DNA of 62,598 nucleotides, filler included, from Deltaproteobacteria bacterium (GTDB lineage: Bacteria; CG2-30-53-67), in assembly GCA_013151235.1 (NCBI GenBank). It is 4 parts of 4 records of this genome, joined end to end, with 100 filler letters (N's around TTAATTAATTAA, not from the genome) between each part and the next. Parts side by side here need not be neighbours in the genome. Positions count along the whole stretch, not along the records: positions 58,997 to 62,598 come from JAADIO010000010.1; 3 more parts are not named here. One strand, written 5' to 3'. Position numbers and translations under genes: made by a program. The notes beneath the pieces were generated by a model, which made no database searches, was not told where the DNA came from, and saw nothing but the letters and a program-made list of their open reading frames with translations. Numbering within the stretch: the first letter of the stretch is position 1; each line of letters starts with the position of its first letter. This document shows, piece by piece, positions 58,897-62,598 of the stretch.

Positions 58897-58996
58897 NNNN
58901 NNNNNNNNNNNNNNNNNNNNNNNNNNNNNNNNNNNNNNNNTTAATTAATTAANNNNNNNNNNNNNNNNNNNNNNNNNNNNNNNNNNNNNNNNNNNN
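58897..58996. other. Artificial contig linker
   Basis: N-run + TTAATTAATTAA + N-run. Confidence 0.95.
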
Positions 58997-59087
58997 AATA
59001 TCAATCACTTACACCGTTCGCCCTGAGCACGCCTGTCCTGAGCTGGTCGAAGGGTCGAAGGGCTTCGTGACTTTTTACGACACCATC
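58997..59087. mobile_element. MITE family A, partial copy at contig start
   Basis: Near-identical to 12-80; ends GACTTTTTACGACACCATC. Confidence 0.85.
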
Positions 59088-59100
59088 TTCTTTGAGGTTA

Positions 59101-60129
59101 TCAATCTTGCGACAGCCGAAAACCCTCCAGCTCTTTTTCCAGAAGGGGTGCTGATGCGGTCAGGAACTCCTCCCGCTCCCCTTCTTTCATCAGGATTGTT
59201 GCTTTCCCGTCCACGTGGGCGTAACGGGTGAGGATCCGGGAGATGAGCTTCTTCGCTTCCCCATCCACCGTCCCGACGGCGACACAACAGGGTCCCGTGA
59301 AATCTTCGGGAAGAAAAACCGGGAACCGGTCCGCTGCCAACCGGATTAGCGTCTCGTTCTCCTTTTCATTCCGTCCCACGATGACCTTCAGACCGGGATG
59401 AATCCGAAGATGTCTGCCGGCCCGCAACAGCCGGATTTCCTCCATCCGGAGGCTTTCACTGTGCCGGAAGAGATCCTTCAACTTCACGGCGTAGTGGGCA
59501 TCCGTCAGGAGGCAGCCGCCGGCCGGGCAGGGATAATCCCTGATGGAAAAGTGTTCCGCGAGGGCCATCTGCTCCTTCCGGCTCCGTCCCGTGATCGACA
59601 AAAGGCGGTTACGGTCCACAACACCGGCCTCCTCCGGAAGGGTGGGATCAAGCACGCCTGCGGAGAGGGGCCTGAGGATCCGTCCCTTGAGTCCCGCCTC
59701 CCGGTCGATCAGGTTCATTGCATCCCTTCGTTGCGACATGGGACGCTGCCCTAAGACCTCCCCGGTGATCAGAAAGGTGGCGCCGATCTCTTCCATGAAT
59801 TCGGCGGCCTTTCTGTGCAGGAAGACCCGGCAGTCGAGGCAGGGGTTCATGTTCTTGCCGTATCCGAAACGGGGGTTCCGGACCCTCTCGATATATTCGA
59901 GATCGGCATGGATCACTTTCACCGGGATTCCGAATTCCCTGGCCACGCGGAAGGCCTCATTCCCGCAGCCCTTCTTCCGGTTGCAGCAGCAAAAGGGGGT
60001 CTTCAGATTGAAGGCCGTGACATCGATTCCCTGTTCGAGGATCACTTTCACGGCGAGTGTGCTGTCGAGGCCGCCCGACAACAGGGCGACAGCTTTCTTG
60101 TTCATCTCGGGGATGGTTTTTGTCTGCAT
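59101..60129 (-). CDS. ThiI/MnmA-like PP-loop tRNA thiolase
   Basis: SGGLDS PP-loop, NPCLDCR, TGEVLGQRPMSQ, PAGGCLLTD; start uncertain. Confidence 0.8.
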   Translation of the reverse strand: MQTKTIPEMNKKAVALLSGGLDSTLAVKVILEQGIDVTAFNLKTPFCCCNRKKGCGNEAFRVAREFGIPVKVIHADLEYIERVRNPRFGYGKNMNPCLDCRVFLHRKAAEFMEEIGATFLITGEVLGQRPMSQRRDAMNLIDREAGLKGRILRPLSAGVLDPTLPEEAGVVDRNRLLSITGRSRKEQMALAEHFSIRDYPCPAGGCLLTDAHYAVKLKDLFRHSESLRMEEIRLLRAGRHLRIHPGLKVIVGRNEKENETLIRLAADRFPVFLPEDFTGPCCVAVGTVDGEAKKLISRILTRYAHVDGKATILMKEGEREEFLTASAPLLEKELEGFRLSQD

Positions 60130-60260
60130 TTCAGCTCCGAAATTTTTCTCAGTATAACCCGGAAAAGGGAATCCTGCCAGTTCCCCGAAGGGAGGATTTG
60201 GCATTTTTCCGGGTCTTATGATATGATACGCAATATTTCCGCCGGAAAAGGAGACAAAAT

Positions 60261-60731
60261 ATGGAAATGACTCTTCTGCTTCAACTCTCCGTGGTCCTTC
60301 ATGTGATCGGCGTCGTCGTCTGGATCGGCGGCGTCGCCTTTGTGACCATGATCCTCTTCCCGCTCATTCATGATATGGAGGACCCGATGGAAAAGGCCCT
60401 CCTCTTCCAGCGTGTGGAGCACCGATTTGCCGGGATCGCCCGGATCATGATTATCATGGTCGGGCTGACCGGCCTATTCAACCTCTACGAAAAGGGGCTC
60501 TACAAGATCCTGTCCACGCCGCAGGGATGGTGGCTCCACCTGATGATCACGGTCTACACGATCTATGCCCTTCTTATATTCGGACTGGAGAAGGCCCTCT
60601 TTAAAAGGATCTTCAAGGACATTAAAAACCTGAATGCCGACCAGGTCTTCTTCCGGATGACGGTCTTCCACTGGGTCGTGCTGGCTGCAAGCCTTCTGGC
60701 CGTCGCCGGCGGCGTGATCGGCACCTATTGA
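60261..60731 (+). CDS. CopD-like four-TM membrane protein
   Basis: LHVIGVVVWIGG, RF, GLTG, WLHLM, FHW. Confidence 0.6.
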   Translation: MEMTLLLQLSVVLHVIGVVVWIGGVAFVTMILFPLIHDMEDPMEKALLFQRVEHRFAGIARIMIIMVGLTGLFNLYEKGLYKILSTPQGWWLHLMITVYTIYALLIFGLEKALFKRIFKDIKNLNADQVFFRMTVFHWVVLAASLLAVAGGVIGTY

Positions 60732-61057
60732 GCCGGATCGTTTTCCGGCCCGGTTTCTCCCTTCAGATATTTCTCCGGATCTCTCAGAAAGGTCTCTTTT
60801 TCCCCTTTTCCGCAAAAATAATAGGTCTTGCCTTTATATTCCACTTCAGCGACCGCACGGTCACTGGAAATCTCCATGCCGCAGATCGGATCGAGAGCCG
60901 TCTCTTTGACCGTTGCTGCCGTCTCCGACTGCACCTGCTGTCCGGTGTGACGGGAACAATCCGCTGAACCACACCCGTCCCCGCAGGAAAAGAGGGCCGG
61001 GGGATAGAGAAAGCATAAGATCCCGATCAGGCAAAGTATGAACAATGAACGTTTCAT
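60725..61057 (-). CDS. Exported YHS-domain protein
   Basis: Signal peptide, CGDGCGSADC, DPICGM..YKGKTYYFC..F..DPEKY. Confidence 0.8.
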   Translation of the reverse strand: MKRSLFILCLIGILCFLYPPALFSCGDGCGSADCSRHTGQQVQSETAATVKETALDPICGMEISSDRAVAEVEYKGKTYYFCGKGEKETFLRDPEKYLKGETGPENDPAQ

Positions 61058-61159
61058 GGCGATCCACTCCCTGAAAGAAAGATTACTAATCCACTCCGGT
61101 TACTATACAAAAATGGGGTGTGATTGGCAAACGAAATCGCCCTGTGCCGTCCTGATCAT

Positions 61160-61188
61160 TTGACAGTGGAGGAGATCGACAGTACATT
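61160..61188 (+). promoter_or_regulatory. Sigma-70-like promoter of the FIST gene
   Basis: TTGACA-N17-TACATT. Confidence 0.6.
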
Positions 61189-61208
61189 TTCACCAAGAGG
61201 TGAAACCG

Positions 61209-62390
61209 ATGAAATGGGCATCGACCGTATCGATCCGGACCGGGGCCGATGAAAATATTCGGCAGTGTGTTGACGACGTGCGGAAGGGACTGGGTGCCCC
61301 GCCCGATCTGGCCCTCCTCTTTGTCTCCCGTCATTTTTCCGAAGACTATGCCGGGATTGCACTTTCCGTGCAGGAAAAACTTGCCTGCACGGTGCTGATC
61401 GGTTGTTCGGCGGGCGGGGTGATCGGGGCCGGCAAGGAGGTCGAAGGGATGCCCGGAATCAGCCTGACGGCAGGGATTCTTCCCGGTGTGACGATCCACC
61501 CCTTTCACGTTGATCAGGTCGATCTGCCGAGTCTTGATGGAAGTCCCCGTCTCTGGGAAGATTTGATCGGTGTGACGACACGGGAGGCCCCCCATTTTCT
61601 CCTTTTTGCGGATCCTTTTACGTTCTCACCCGAGGAGTGGCTCAGCGGTTTTGATTTCGCGTACCCCGGGGCATCGAAGGTCGGGGGGTTGGCCTCCGCC
61701 GCATCGCAGCGAGGAGAGAATGTCCTCTTTCTGAACGGAAAGATGCTCCGGTCCGGGATGGTCGGGGTTGCCTTGGCCGGTGATGTGGTTCTCGATACGG
61801 CGGTCGCACAGGGGTGTTACGCCGTCGGTCCGGTCCTGCATGTGACCGAATGCGAAGAGAATAAGTTGATGGAACTGGATCATCAACCGGCCATGGAGGT
61901 TGTTGCGGAGATCCTGAACGGTCTTGAGCCGGAAGAGCAGGAACGGGTCCAGCATTCCCTCTTTATCGGTCTTGGGATGGACGCCATGAAAGAGACCAGT
62001 ACCCACGGCGACTTCCTGATCCGGAACCTGATCGGCGCCGACGCCGAGGCGGGGCATCTCTTTGTCGCTGCCCGTCTCCATGAAGGACAGACCGTGCAAT
62101 TCCATCTGCGGGATGCCCGCGCCTCCGCCTCCGATCTCAATGCCGTCCTCTCCGATTTTGCCGGAAGACATGAAGAACAGCACTATGCGGGGGCCTTTCT
62201 CTTTTCCTGCATGGGAAGAGGGCAGATGCTCTACGGCCGGTCCAACCATGATGCGGAACGTTTTCGGCATTTTCTCGGCGATCTTCCCCTGGGTGGGTTC
62301 TTCTGCAGCGGAGAGATCGGTCCCGTTGGCGGGACCACCTACCTGCACGGTTATACCAGCAGCTTCGGAATCATCGGTCCCAGGGACTGA
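61209..62390 (+). CDS. FIST N/C-domain (NosP-like) protein
   Basis: IGCSAGGVIG, GGLAS, VAQGC, QFHLRD, FSCMGRG, GFFCSGEIGP..LHGYT. Confidence 0.88.
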   Translation: MKWASTVSIRTGADENIRQCVDDVRKGLGAPPDLALLFVSRHFSEDYAGIALSVQEKLACTVLIGCSAGGVIGAGKEVEGMPGISLTAGILPGVTIHPFHVDQVDLPSLDGSPRLWEDLIGVTTREAPHFLLFADPFTFSPEEWLSGFDFAYPGASKVGGLASAASQRGENVLFLNGKMLRSGMVGVALAGDVVLDTAVAQGCYAVGPVLHVTECEENKLMELDHQPAMEVVAEILNGLEPEEQERVQHSLFIGLGMDAMKETSTHGDFLIRNLIGADAEAGHLFVAARLHEGQTVQFHLRDARASASDLNAVLSDFAGRHEEQHYAGAFLFSCMGRGQMLYGRSNHDAERFRHFLGDLPLGGFFCSGEIGPVGGTTYLHGYTSSFGIIGPRD

Positions 62391-62484
62391 CGGAGGTGCA
62401 GGGGGTACTCTTTCTAACCGGGCAAAAGGATCTGAACGAGTATCAAGGGCCGATGGCACGCGCCTGCCCCCGGAGGTGTGTAAT

Positions 62485-62508
62485 CTACGGGCTGTTTACG
62501 GTCCGTAG
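62485..62508. terminator. Hairpin between convergent genes
   Basis: CTACGGGCTG-TTTA-CGGTCCGTAG. Confidence 0.45.
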
Positions 62509-62511
62509 TCA

Positions 62512-62598
62512 TCATGGTGAAGGGAGTTTCTTCTTCCAGAGGTCCCGCTCTATCCTCAAAAGAATGAAGTAATGCTCCACAATATGATCGGGAAGATC
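62512..62598 (-). CDS. C-terminal end of an unidentified gene entering from the window edge
   Basis: Open frame DLPDHIVEHYFILLRIERDLWKKKLPSP followed by TGA TGA and a hairpin. Confidence 0.4.
   Translation of the reverse strand, partial: DLPDHIVEHYFILLRIERDLWKKKLPSP

Overview
A moderately GC-rich bacterial window, probably from a Desulfobacterota/Nitrospirota-like sulfur-cycling anaerobe (inference from gene content). It is a concatenation of at least four contigs joined by artificial 100-nt N-TTAATTAATTAA-N linkers (24423-24522, 33417-33516, 58897-58996), so adjacency across the linkers is not biological. Contig 1 holds ntrY/ntrX, a nitronate monooxygenase, a NUDIX hydrolase, a cusCBA-type metal efflux operon ending in a YHS/cytochrome c fusion, a sigma-54-controlled osmC-dsrE pair with its GAF activator, nifU-nifS, rnr, a DUF4143 ATPase and a truncated IS110. 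Contig 2 holds an ODP-like di-iron protein with a hybrid kinase, an AT-rich fimT-pilV-pilW-pilX cluster, a DUF1858-cupin operon with an HcpR/CRP-type box at about -41.5, and norD/norQ-like genes. Contig 3 starts with a decaying integron cassette array (attC sites, TA cassettes, a truncated RloC-like ATPase) cut by a RAYT-derived inverted-repeat element. It continues with housekeeping genes (hemW, mlaDFE, comM, aroEK, a cyclophilin, mscS, gltA) and aprBA-qmoAB. Contig 4 holds ThiI-like, CopD-like, YHS and FIST genes. The strongest unannotated signals are a five-copy MITE family with 6-bp target duplications and an interior that is inverted in some copies, a second MITE, the RAYT element in the attC array, and short tandem-unit repeats at gene boundaries. 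No CRISPR, tRNA or rRNA was seen. All calls are from reading the sequence; no searches were run.
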